Below are positions 1 through 8,894 of a stretch of DNA of 64,000 bases, piece after piece (within the stretch, counting starts at the first letter, position 1; every line of letters starts with the position of its first letter). The DNA is from a virus: IMG/VR virus record IMGVR_UViG_3300002595_000019, positions 19,513 through 83,512 of that record; one strand, written 5' to 3'. The notes below the pieces were generated by a model, which saw only the letters and a list, made by a program, of their open reading frames with translations, was not told the DNA's origin and did no database searches. Position numbers and translations under genes: made by a program.

Positions 1-1
1 G

Positions 2-475
2 CCTCTGACACAGGAGCAAGAGGAACTTTCCCTTATTGCCCGTGACATTTACGGCAGATGCCCTTATGACGGAAAGTACATTATGGACGGTGTTCGCCTG
101 ATCATTTGCCAAAGCAATGTAGAAACGGCAGATTTGAAGAAACTCTATTCCGGTGCGGAAATCAATCCGCTCGGTGACTGGACTGGCGGCACGGATGTAG
201 ATACGGGTGCTACCAACCGTAAACTTGGCAGTGATATGGCTGACTCTGTAACGGGTGGCGGCCTTCACGGCAAAGACCTCAGTAAGGCTGATGTGTCTGT
301 AAATATCTATGCATTCTTAAAGGCGCAGAAAACAAAACAGCCAGTGCAGCTTTGCTGTGCCATCGGAGATGATACCATTGATGGCAAGCCTTATGCGGAA
401 ATAGTAGACATCGCCCGTCAGTACATTCAGAGACTTGGCGGTTTTGAAAAGTTCGCTGAATGGGGTCTGTATTAA
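2..475 (+). CDS. S-adenosylmethionine synthetase-like protein, C-terminal part (5' truncated by window)
   Basis: Frame is open from base 2. INPLGDWTGG..TGATNRKL..GGGLHGKDLSKAD resembles MetK INPTGRF.GG..GLTGRK..GGGAFSGKD. Confidence 0.8.
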   Translation, partial: PLTQEQEELSLIARDIYGRCPYDGKYIMDGVRLIICQSNVETADLKKLYSGAEINPLGDWTGGTDVDTGATNRKLGSDMADSVTGGGLHGKDLSKADVSVNIYAFLKAQKTKQPVQLCCAIGDDTIDGKPYAEIVDIARQYIQRLGGFEKFAEWGLY

Positions 476-485
476 GGAGGGCGCT

Positions 486-1751
486 ATGGGAAGAACAACA
501 ACACAGATGGAACTTGTTTCCATTACAAAATTAGTGCCGTATGTGAATAATGCCCGCACCCATTCCCCGGAGCAGATTATGAAGCTCCGTTCCTCACTGC
601 GTGAATTCGGCTTTATCAATCCTGTCATCATTGATAGGGATTACGGCATCATTGCCGGACACGGCCGTGTGATGGCTGCCAAGGAGGAAGGCATCGATGA
701 AGTGCCTTGTGTTTTCGTGGATTACCTTACTGAGGCACAGAAGAAAGCCTACATCCTTGCTGACAACCGCATGGCGCTCGACGCAGGCTGGGATGAGGAA
801 ATGTTAAAAATCGAAATCGAGTCCTTGCAGGGTATGGATTTTGATATCGGCCTGGCAGGCTTTGACGATGATGAAATCGCAGACCTCTTTGCCGGAGATG
901 ATAAATCTGATGTAAAAGAGGACGATTTTGATTTGAACGATGCTTTGGAAAAGGCTGCCTTTGTGGAGCGTGGCGATGTATGGACGGTAGGCAGACATCG
1001 ACTCATGTGTGGTGATGCTACAAACCCCGATGATGTGGCAACGCTGATGGATGGTAAGAAAGCCAACCTTGTGCTGACAGACCCTCCGTACAATGTAGCC
1101 TTTGAAAGTTCAGACGGTCTGTATATCAAAAACGATAAGATGGCAAGTGAGAAGTTTTATGAATTTCTGCTTTCGGCATTTCAGAACATGGCCGCTCATT
1201 TGGAAAAAGGCGGTGCCGCTTATGTGTTCCACGCTGATACGGAAGGTTTGAATTTCCGTAAGGCATTTATCGATGCAGGCTTTCATCTTTCCGGCTGTTG
1301 CATTTGGGTGAAAAATTCCCTGGTGCTTGGCAGAAGTGATTATCAGTGGCAGCATGAACCTGTGCTTTACGGTTTCCTTCAGAACGGCAAACATTACTGG
1401 AGCAAGAACGCAGGCAGAAGCCAGACCACCATTTGGAACTTCGATAAGCCGAAGAAAAATAAAAATCATCCGACTTCCAAGCCTCTTGACCTGCTTGCCT
1501 ATCCGATTGGAAACTCAAGCCGTGAGAATTCCATTGTAGTGGATACTTTTGGTGGCAGCGGTTCTACGCTGATGGCTTGCGAGAGAACCAACCGTATCTG
1601 CCATACGATGGAACTGGATGAAAAGTACGCATCGGTTATCCTCCGCAGATATGTGGAAGATACAGGTGATGCAGACGGTGTCTTTGTTATCCGTAACGGC
1701 GTGCAGATACCTTATGCCGACCTTGTGAAGGAGGTTGGTGCAGATGAATAA
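486..1751 (+). CDS. ParB-N domain fused to amino (N4/N6) DNA methyltransferase
   Basis: N-terminal PYVNNARTH..GHGR ParB-like segment, DPPY, HPTSKP, FGGSGST; SD AAGGAGG before ATG 486. Confidence 0.9.
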   Translation: MGRTTTQMELVSITKLVPYVNNARTHSPEQIMKLRSSLREFGFINPVIIDRDYGIIAGHGRVMAAKEEGIDEVPCVFVDYLTEAQKKAYILADNRMALDAGWDEEMLKIEIESLQGMDFDIGLAGFDDDEIADLFAGDDKSDVKEDDFDLNDALEKAAFVERGDVWTVGRHRLMCGDATNPDDVATLMDGKKANLVLTDPPYNVAFESSDGLYIKNDKMASEKFYEFLLSAFQNMAAHLEKGGAAYVFHADTEGLNFRKAFIDAGFHLSGCCIWVKNSLVLGRSDYQWQHEPVLYGFLQNGKHYWSKNAGRSQTTIWNFDKPKKNKNHPTSKPLDLLAYPIGNSSRENSIVVDTFGGSGSTLMACERTNRICHTMELDEKYASVILRRYVEDTGDADGVFVIRNGVQIPYADLVKEVGADE

Positions 1752-3561
1752 AAAAACTATAACCCTCGGTAGTCTGTTTGACGGCTCCGGGGGATTTCCT
1801 TTGGGAGGCTTGATTTCCGGTATTACCCCTTTGTGGGCATCGGAAGTTGAGCCTTTTCCTATTCGTGTAACAAGCAGGCGCATTCCTCAGATGAAGCACC
1901 TCGGAGATATTTCCGGTATCAATGGCGCAGAAGTTGAACCCGTGGACATCATTACTTTCGGCAGTCCCTGCCAAGATATGAGCGTGGCGGGAAAACGCAG
2001 CGGTCTTGATGGGGAACGCTCCTGCCTGTTCTACGAAGCAATCCGAATCGTAAAAGAAATGAGGTGTAAAACCAATGGTGAGTATCCAAGATACATCGTG
2101 TGGGAAAATGTCCCCGGCGCCTTCTCCTCAAACGCAGGAGAAGATTTCAAAGCCGTCCTCGAAGCAGTCGCGTCCGTCAAAGGTGACTATGTTGTCCCTT
2201 GTCCTCCAAAAGGAAAATGGACAGGTGCAGGAGAAATCATGGGAGATGGTTTCAGCATCGCATGGAGATGCGTTGACGCGCAGTTTTGGGGAGTTCCCCA
2301 AAGAAGAAGACGAATCTATCTTGTCGCAGATTTTAATGGTGGGTGTGCCGGAAAAATACTATTTGAGTCAGAGGGCCTGTTTAGGAATCTTGAAACGAGC
2401 CGATGCCCGTGGAAAAGAACTACCGGAACTTCTGAAGAAAGCACTCCTGCGACAGGCATCGTCCTAAATGACCAGGGTGGCAACCGAATGGATGTCACCG
2501 ATGATGTTACCTGCACCCTCCGAGCCGAGGCACACCATCCGCCTTGCGTGATGGAGTCTGCGGGATTTTGCACGGAGCATTCTGCTGACAGCCGTGGCAT
2601 CGGTTATGAGGCGGAAAAATCTCCGACACTCCGAGCGGGAGTTGTTCCTGCAACGGTTTATGAAAATCACTCCCAGGATACCCGCTATGTGGGACCTCTT
2701 GATGTGGCACAGACCGTTGCTGCGACCTACGGCACAGGCGGAAACAATCAGCCGTTTGTGGTAGAGCCGACAGCCTTTGGCGTCTGCTCCAAGGACAGCA
2801 ATGCAATGAAATCAGCCAACCCCAACAGCGGATTTTATAAGGCAGACACTTCCCGTACCCTTGACGGCAATGGTGGAAACCCTACCTGCAATCAGGGTGG
2901 CATTGCCATTGTGGAAGGCAACGGCTCACGTCCTTCCCACCACGGTAATGGTTATGCTGAAAGTGATGTCATGTATACCTTGAACACCGTAGACCGCCAC
3001 GCTGTTGTTTATGCCATTGACCGTGAAAGTTATAACTGCGGTCAGAACTTCGCAAGGAATATGGGTATCAGTGATGAGGGTGTCAATTCAACACTGAAAG
3101 CCACGGGGCCCGATGCGGTTGCCGTTCCCACCTACTCAAGCAGCAAGGCATCGTTCTTTACCTCTGCGGAGGAGGAACTTGCCAACACTTTAGTAGCTAC
3201 GGATTACAAAGACCCTCCGCTTGTCAACGATACCGATGCGGATCTGGAGTACATTGTCCGCAGACTTACTCCAACGGAGTGTGCAAGGCTCCAGGGATTT
3301 CCGGATTGGTGGTGTGCTGACCTTGGTGAGAAACTTCCTTCTGAAGAGGAACTCACACGGTGGGCAGAAATCTTTGAAACACATCGTAAGATTGTGGGAA
3401 CATCAAGCAAACCGAAAACACGGAAGCAGATATTCAAGTGGCTTCAGAACCCTCATTCCGATTCGGCGGAGTATAAGATGTGGGGCAACGGCGTGGCACT
3501 GCCCAATGTGGTTTATGTGCTGATGGGCATCGTGTACTATACACAAAACGAAGGGGTGTAA
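1744..3561 (+). CDS. C5-cytosine DNA methyltransferase with long variable region
   Basis: Motifs SLFDGSGG (I), GSPCQD (IV), WENVPG (VI), QRRRRIY (VIII), RRLTPTECARLQGFP (IX), YKMWGNGV (X). Confidence 0.92.
   Translation: MNKKTITLGSLFDGSGGFPLGGLISGITPLWASEVEPFPIRVTSRRIPQMKHLGDISGINGAEVEPVDIITFGSPCQDMSVAGKRSGLDGERSCLFYEAIRIVKEMRCKTNGEYPRYIVWENVPGAFSSNAGEDFKAVLEAVASVKGDYVVPCPPKGKWTGAGEIMGDGFSIAWRCVDAQFWGVPQRRRRIYLVADFNGGCAGKILFESEGLFRNLETSRCPWKRTTGTSEESTPATGIVLNDQGGNRMDVTDDVTCTLRAEAHHPPCVMESAGFCTEHSADSRGIGYEAEKSPTLRAGVVPATVYENHSQDTRYVGPLDVAQTVAATYGTGGNNQPFVVEPTAFGVCSKDSNAMKSANPNSGFYKADTSRTLDGNGGNPTCNQGGIAIVEGNGSRPSHHGNGYAESDVMYTLNTVDRHAVVYAIDRESYNCGQNFARNMGISDEGVNSTLKATGPDAVAVPTYSSSKASFFTSAEEELANTLVATDYKDPPLVNDTDADLEYIVRRLTPTECARLQGFPDWWCADLGEKLPSEEELTRWAEIFETHRKIVGTSSKPKTRKQIFKWLQNPHSDSAEYKMWGNGVALPNVVYVLMGIVYYTQNEGV
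2075..2467 (+). CDS. Nested alternative-frame ORF inside the C5 MTase, resembling the beta polypeptide of M.EcoHK31I-type enzymes
   Basis: Own SD GAGGTG (2061-2066) 8 nt before ATG; ends LSQIL..VPEKYYLSQRACLGILKRADARGKELPELLKKAL. Confidence 0.7.
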   Translation: MVSIQDTSCGKMSPAPSPQTQEKISKPSSKQSRPSKVTMLSLVLQKENGQVQEKSWEMVSASHGDALTRSFGEFPKEEDESILSQILMVGVPEKYYLSQRACLGILKRADARGKELPELLKKALLRQASS

Positions 3562-3597
3562 ATCTACAAGTATTCTCCCATATATTTTGCACATATG

Positions 3598-3637
3598 ACT
3601 TGCTATTTTTGCCCTTTAGAGTGATATATGTAGTACC
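3598..3637 (+). promoter_or_regulatory. Promoter-like motif upstream of the virulence-related gene
   Basis: ACTTGCTA-N-GAGTGATATATGTAGTACC; close match at 51063-51104 upstream of the homologous gene. Confidence 0.5.
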
Positions 3638-3659
3638 GAAAATAAAGGAGGTACTCAAT

Positions 3660-4379
3660 ATGAGATTTGAATTTAATGTAACAGGTAGCGACCGCAAGGC
3701 ACTGGTTACAGCAATGGGCGAAATTCTAAATGTGAAACCGAAATACATGGGAATGCCCAGCATGAACTACGAAGTGGATTATTTCACGGTAACAAAGGAC
3801 GGTGCGGTGGAGTTTGATGACAGAGCCGACAGCGAGGAAATCGAGCAGTTGCTTGAGAGCCTTGCCGATAAAGACTTTGTCGCAGCTCCCGCAGAAATGG
3901 CGCAGGCTTGGCTTGATGCAAGAGCCGAGGAATCATCCGAAGAAACTGCCGAACAGCCACAGGGCGAAACGGTGGGGCTTACGGTGGCGATTCCTTTGGA
4001 TAAGGTTTCGGTCGGCAATCTGACAAACCTTCTGGATGCCAAGGGCAGCCTTATCAAAAAGGCTCTGGGCATTGATGCAACGCCGATTGAAATCGGAGAG
4101 GACAAGGTTTCCTTTCCTTGGTTTGAGCAAGGCTTGGATGCAGATGAGGTCAAGGCTTACAGCCACCTCATTGCCGCCTTATGTGAGATGAGCAGAAATC
4201 AGAAGCGTATCAGTGCCACAGAAAAGGCAGTGGATAACGAGAAATACGCATTCCGATGCTTTCTCCTGCGCCTCGGTTTTATTGGCAACGAATACAAGAC
4301 CGAGAGAAAAATCCTGCTCCGCAACCTTTCCGGCAGCAGTGCTTTCAAGGGAGGTGCGAAGAATGAGATTTCCGAATAA
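3660..4379 (+). CDS. Conserved phage protein (family usually labelled virulence-related protein)
   Basis: C-terminal NEKYAFRCFLLRLGFIG..RKILLRNLSGSSAF; SD AAGGAGG; homologue at 51132. Confidence 0.75.
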   Translation: MRFEFNVTGSDRKALVTAMGEILNVKPKYMGMPSMNYEVDYFTVTKDGAVEFDDRADSEEIEQLLESLADKDFVAAPAEMAQAWLDARAEESSEETAEQPQGETVGLTVAIPLDKVSVGNLTNLLDAKGSLIKKALGIDATPIEIGEDKVSFPWFEQGLDADEVKAYSHLIAALCEMSRNQKRISATEKAVDNEKYAFRCFLLRLGFIGNEYKTERKILLRNLSGSSAFKGGAKNEISE

Positions 4380-4749
4380 AGAGATTGTAGAAAAGGTACG
4401 CAGGGATTATCCTGTAGGCTGCCGTGTGGAACTTGTCCGAATGGATGATGTGCAGGCACCACCCATTGGAACAAAGGGTACGGTTAGGGGTGTGGATGAC
4501 ACAGCCTCCATAATGGTCAGATGGGATACAGGCTCCGGTCTAAATGTAGTGTACGGTGTCGATTTGTGTCGAAAACTGGATGCAGTGACCATTACCTGCT
4601 ACGGCAGCACTGAGCTTTGGGACAGCCGAAAAGAGGCTGCCGACTTCTACCTTCGTGCCATTGCAGGGTCAGAGGGCAGCGAGTGTGAACGCTATACCAA
4701 GATTTACACCGAACTGCTTATGGGCAAGGAGGTCTGCACCGATGAATAA
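4363..4749 (+). CDS. DUF4314-like phage protein
   Basis: YPVGCRVELVRMDD.QAPPIGTKGTV.GVDD..SIMVRWD.GSGLNVVYG signature. Confidence 0.75.
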   Translation: MRFPNKEIVEKVRRDYPVGCRVELVRMDDVQAPPIGTKGTVRGVDDTASIMVRWDTGSGLNVVYGVDLCRKLDAVTITCYGSTELWDSRKEAADFYLRAIAGSEGSECERYTKIYTELLMGKEVCTDE

Positions 4750-4921
4750 AATCAAGGAACAGATACTCGCCATCCGAGCAACTGGACGAACCAATATGTT
4801 TGATGTTTCGATGGTGCAGTACATTGCCAACGAGATGCATTTTTACGAATTGGTGGTGTACCTTGAAGAACACCGTAAGGAATACACACACTTTATTCTG
4901 ACAGGCGAAATGGAGGACTGA
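4742..4921 (+). CDS. DUF5049-like small phage protein
   Basis: IKEQILAIRATGRTNMFD..VQYIA..FYELV signature. Confidence 0.7.
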   Translation: MNKIKEQILAIRATGRTNMFDVSMVQYIANEMHFYELVVYLEEHRKEYTHFILTGEMED

Positions 4922-4923
4922 CT

Positions 4924-5163
4924 ATGTGGAAAGAAGGAACAATCGGCATTCCAAAGCCGGACGGCGGTTATAAGGCAGTCCACTACTGGATAAAGGTTTA
5001 TGAGGAAGGCAGTCGATTCGGTATCAACGGTGGAAAAATCAGCAAGCTGATGCTGAAACTGAATGGCGAGGTCATTGCCAATTATGATAGAGGTTGGGAT
5101 ATAGAGCCTGGCACCGAAGAAGCAAACCTTGCCCTTTGCATTTTGCTGAACGAACATAATTAA
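4924..5163 (+). CDS. Conserved small phage hypothetical protein
   Basis: SD GGAGG, operon position, GINGGKISKL..NYDRGWD. Confidence 0.7.
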   Translation: MWKEGTIGIPKPDGGYKAVHYWIKVYEEGSRFGINGGKISKLMLKLNGEVIANYDRGWDIEPGTEEANLALCILLNEHN

Positions 5164-5275
5164 AAAATCCTGTAAAGGCAGGACGGAGCCGAGAGGCTCT
5201 GTTCCTCGTATATGACGGTCGCACCAATTACGGTGGCGGCTATTTTTTATGCCATTTTTGAGGAGGTGACGGCAT

Positions 5276-6880
5276 TTGCGAAAACTGAAAAACTACAAGC
5301 CAACCTGTTTCATGGCGGAAGGCAGCTATTACGATAAGGATGCCGCCGACCACGCAGTATGCTTTATCGAAAAATTCTGCTGTCATACCAAAGGCACATG
5401 GGATGGAAAACCATTTGAACTGATTGATTGGCAGGAGCAGATTATCCGTGACATCTTCGGCATTTTGAAACCAAACGGCTACAGGCAGTTCAACACAGCC
5501 TACATCGAAATACCGAAGAAGCAAGGGAAATCGGAACTGGCGGCGGCAGTGGCACTGTATCTTCTGTGTGCAGACTTCGAGCCGGGTGCAGAGGTTTACG
5601 GCTGTGCTGCGGATAAAGACCAGGCACGAATCGTATTTGACGTTGCATTGGAGATGGTAAGGCGAAGTCCTCTGCTGAAAAATAAAATGACCATCCAGGC
5701 AAGCCAGAAGACCATGACCTACAATCCTACGGGAAGTAAGTACAAGGCTCTGTCTGCGGATGTGGCAAACAAGCATGGTTTCAATACCCACGGCGTTATT
5801 TTTGATGAGCTGCATACCCAACCGAACAGAAAACTGTTTGATGTAATGACCAAGGGTTCCGGCGATGCAAGAATGCAGCCACTTTACTTCCTGATCACCA
5901 CGGCGGGAAATGATACGCAGTCCATCTGCTATGAAATCCACCAGAAGGCAAAGGACATCATCGAAGGTCGAAAAGTTGACCCTACCTTCTACCCTGTGAT
6001 TTACGGTGCAGAGGATGATGATGACTGGACTGACCCGGAAGTATGGAAGAAAGCTAATCCCTCCCTTGGGGTGACGGTCGGCATCGATAAGGTGCAGCAA
6101 GCCTGTGAACAGGCACAGCAGAACCCTGGCGAAGAGAACGCTTTCCGTCAGCTTCGTCTGAATCAGTGGGTCAAGCAGGCTGTCCGTTGGATGCCGATGG
6201 CAGTGTGGGATGCCTGTGCGTTTCCTACCGACAAATCCGAACTGGAAGGCCGTGTCTGCTACGGCGGTCTTGACCTTTCTTCCACAACGGATATTACGGC
6301 TTTTGTGTTGGTGTTTCCACCGGAAGATGAGGATGATAAATACATCATTCTCCCGTATTTCTGGATACCGGAAGATAACATCGACCTGCGTGTGCGACGT
6401 GACCATGTGCCGTATGACATTTGGGAACGACAGGACTTGCTTATGACCACCGAGGGCAATGTAGTTCATTACGGCTACATTGAGAAATTCATCGAGTCCC
6501 TGGGTGAGAAGTATAACATCCGTGAAATCGCCTATGACCGTTGGGGTGCTGTGCAGATGGTGCAGAACCTTGAGGGCATGGGATTTACGGTAGTGCCTTT
6601 CGGACAAGGGTACAAAGATATGTCCCCTCCGACCAAAGAACTGATGAAACTTGCGATGGAGAAAAAACTGGCTCACGGCGGTCATCCCGTTCTCCGTTGG
6701 ATGATGGATAACATCTACATCAAAACGGACCCTGCGGGAAACATCAAAGCTGATAAAGCCAAATCCACAGAAAAGATTGACGGTGCCGTTGCTACCATTA
6801 TGGCACTCGACCGTGCAATCCGCTGTGGCAACACCAACAGTGCCAGCGTTTATGACGAGCGTGGCATTTTGTTTATTTAG
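5276..6880 (+). CDS. Terminase large subunit
   Basis: IPKKQGKS Walker A, IFDELH Walker B, GLDLSST nuclease motif, KIDGAVA; TTG start with SD GAGGAGG. Confidence 0.95.
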   Translation: MRKLKNYKPTCFMAEGSYYDKDAADHAVCFIEKFCCHTKGTWDGKPFELIDWQEQIIRDIFGILKPNGYRQFNTAYIEIPKKQGKSELAAAVALYLLCADFEPGAEVYGCAADKDQARIVFDVALEMVRRSPLLKNKMTIQASQKTMTYNPTGSKYKALSADVANKHGFNTHGVIFDELHTQPNRKLFDVMTKGSGDARMQPLYFLITTAGNDTQSICYEIHQKAKDIIEGRKVDPTFYPVIYGAEDDDDWTDPEVWKKANPSLGVTVGIDKVQQACEQAQQNPGEENAFRQLRLNQWVKQAVRWMPMAVWDACAFPTDKSELEGRVCYGGLDLSSTTDITAFVLVFPPEDEDDKYIILPYFWIPEDNIDLRVRRDHVPYDIWERQDLLMTTEGNVVHYGYIEKFIESLGEKYNIREIAYDRWGAVQMVQNLEGMGFTVVPFGQGYKDMSPPTKELMKLAMEKKLAHGGHPVLRWMMDNIYIKTDPAGNIKADKAKSTEKIDGAVATIMALDRAIRCGNTNSASVYDERGILFI

Positions 6881-6898
6881 GAAGGAGCGTGATTTGAT

Positions 6899-8263
6899 AT
6901 GGGTATCTTTACGGGAATGTTTAAGTCCAGAGATAAGCCTGAAAATAAAACAGCGGGCAGTGCCTACACCTTTTACATGGGCGGCACAACTTCCGGCAAA
7001 GCTGTGGCAGAGCGTTCTGCCATGCAGATGACGGCGGTGTATTCCTGTGTCCGTATTCTGGCTGAAGCCGTGGCGGGCTTGCCTTTGCATTTATATAAAT
7101 ATAACGAGGACGGTGGCAAGGAAAAAGCCATCGACCATCCTCTTTACCGACTGCTCCATGATGAGCCAAATCCGGAAATGAGTTCTTTCGTATTCCGAGA
7201 GACACTCATGACCCATCTGCTCCTGTGGGGCAATGCCTATGCCCAGGTTATCCGAAACGGCAAAAACGAGGTAGTTGCCCTCTATCCGCTGATGCCAAAC
7301 AAGATGAGCGTGGATAGAGATGAGAACGGCCACTTGTACTACACCTATTACCGTGGTCCCGATGAAGCAATCAAAAATAAGGAGTTTGCAGTAACCCTGC
7401 AGCCTTCCGATGTGCTTCATATTCCGGGACTTGGGTTTGATGGTCTTGTAGGATACAGTCCGATTGCTATGGCAAAGAACGCCATCGGCATGGCGATTGC
7501 TTGCGAGGAGTACGGTGCCAAGTTCTTCGCCAACGGTGCGACACCGGGTGGTGTGTTGGAACACCCAAGCACCATCAAAGACCCGCAGAGGGTCAGAGAA
7601 AGCTGGCAGGCTGCCTTTGGCGGCAGTTCCAACTCCAACAAAGTGGCTGTCCTTGAAGAAGGAATGAAGTACACACCGATTTCCATTTCTCCGGAACAGG
7701 CACAATTCCTTGAAACAAGGAAGTTCCAAATCAATGAAATTGCTCGAATTTTCAGAGTTCCTCCCCATATGGTGGGTGACCTTGAGAAGTCGAGCTTTTC
7801 TAATATAGAGCAGCAATCCCTTGAGTTTGTGAAATACACCCTTGACCCGTGGGTTATCCGTTGGGAGCAATCCATTCAGAGGACACTCTTATCCCACGAT
7901 GAAAAGGTGCGTTATTTTGTGAAATTCAATCTGGAAGGTCTGCTCCGTGGCGATTACCAGAGCCGTATGAACGGCTACGCCATCGGTCGCCAGAACGGTT
8001 GGATGTCTGCAAACGATATCCGTGAACTGGAAAACCTCGACCGTATCCCTGCGGAAGAAGGCGGCGACCTTTACCTTATTAACGGCAATATGCTCCCTCT
8101 GAAAGATGCGGGTGCTTTTGCAAATACAACCGACAATGACGGAAAGGAGGAAAATTCCGATGAAGAAGTTCTGGAAGTGGAAGAACCAAGCACAGACGGA
8201 AACAATGCCGGAGGCGAGGACACTGTTTCTGAACGGAACAATCGCAGAAGAAAGCTGGTTTGA
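6899..8263 (+). CDS. Portal protein, HK97 family
   Basis: VYSCVRILAE, LLWGNAY, YSPI, IARIFRVPP, SNIEQQ motifs. Confidence 0.95.
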   Translation: MGIFTGMFKSRDKPENKTAGSAYTFYMGGTTSGKAVAERSAMQMTAVYSCVRILAEAVAGLPLHLYKYNEDGGKEKAIDHPLYRLLHDEPNPEMSSFVFRETLMTHLLLWGNAYAQVIRNGKNEVVALYPLMPNKMSVDRDENGHLYYTYYRGPDEAIKNKEFAVTLQPSDVLHIPGLGFDGLVGYSPIAMAKNAIGMAIACEEYGAKFFANGATPGGVLEHPSTIKDPQRVRESWQAAFGGSSNSNKVAVLEEGMKYTPISISPEQAQFLETRKFQINEIARIFRVPPHMVGDLEKSSFSNIEQQSLEFVKYTLDPWVIRWEQSIQRTLLSHDEKVRYFVKFNLEGLLRGDYQSRMNGYAIGRQNGWMSANDIRELENLDRIPAEEGGDLYLINGNMLPLKDAGAFANTTDNDGKEENSDEEVLEVEEPSTDGNNAGGEDTVSERNNRRRKLV

Positions 8264-8888
8264 CGATGATGTTACTCCACAGCTTTTCAAGGACGAACTC
8301 ATGGCAGGCTCCGGTGACATTACCGTGTGGATTAACTCACCCGGCGGTGACTGCGTGGCAGCAGCCCAGATCTACAATATGCTGATGGATTACAAGGGCA
8401 ATGTCACGGTCAAGATTGACGGCATTGCTGCCTCCGCAGCATCTGTGATTGCGATGGCAGGAACAAAGGTGCTGATGTCCCCGGTATCCATGATGATGAT
8501 TCACAATCCTGCAACTGTTGCATTCGGTGATTCTGCGGAAATGCAGAAAGCCATCGATATGCTCTCAAGCGTCAAGGATTCCATCATCAATGCCTATGAG
8601 ATTAAGACGGGACTCTCCCGTGCGAAACTCAGCCACCTTATGGATGCGGAAACATGGATGGACGCAAACAAGGCCGTGGAACTTGGCTTTGCAGATGAAA
8701 TCATGCAGAGAACCACCACGGACGAAGTGGAAGTGCCGCAGGTGTCTATGCTTTATTCCAAGGCAAATGTGGTTAATTCCCTTATGGATAAGGTTGCCGC
8801 CAAGTGTGCAATCAAGTCCGAAGAAACCCGAAAAACCAAAGCCGATGACCTTATGGACAGGCTAAATCTTATTAAAAATTGGAGGTAA
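8160..8888 (+). CDS. ClpP-type head maturation protease
   Basis: INSPGGD, DGIAASAASVIAMAG, MIHNP, ETWMDA..AVELGFAD. Confidence 0.93.
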   Translation: MKKFWKWKNQAQTETMPEARTLFLNGTIAEESWFDDDVTPQLFKDELMAGSGDITVWINSPGGDCVAAAQIYNMLMDYKGNVTVKIDGIAASAASVIAMAGTKVLMSPVSMMMIHNPATVAFGDSAEMQKAIDMLSSVKDSIINAYEIKTGLSRAKLSHLMDAETWMDANKAVELGFADEIMQRTTTDEVEVPQVSMLYSKANVVNSLMDKVAAKCAIKSEETRKTKADDLMDRLNLIKNWR

Positions 8889-8894
8889 TTTATT

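Noticed and set aside
3221-3523. Second overlapping + strand ORF in the C5 MTase
   Set aside because: Unlike 2075-2467 it has no clear SD and no MTase-like motif
3660-4379. Virulence function of the virulence-related protein family
   Set aside because: The name is a propagated label; nothing in the sequence indicates virulence
5240-7090. 616-aa minus-strand ORF (also 14574-15401, 17117-18313, 22448-23320 and many shorter ones)
   Set aside because: Antisense shadows of well-supported + strand genes; no recognisable motifs or RBS; expected from codon bias
8160-8263. 104-nt portal/protease overlap as a dual-coding signal
   Set aside because: The portal tail is low-complexity acidic sequence; such overlaps are ordinary in this module
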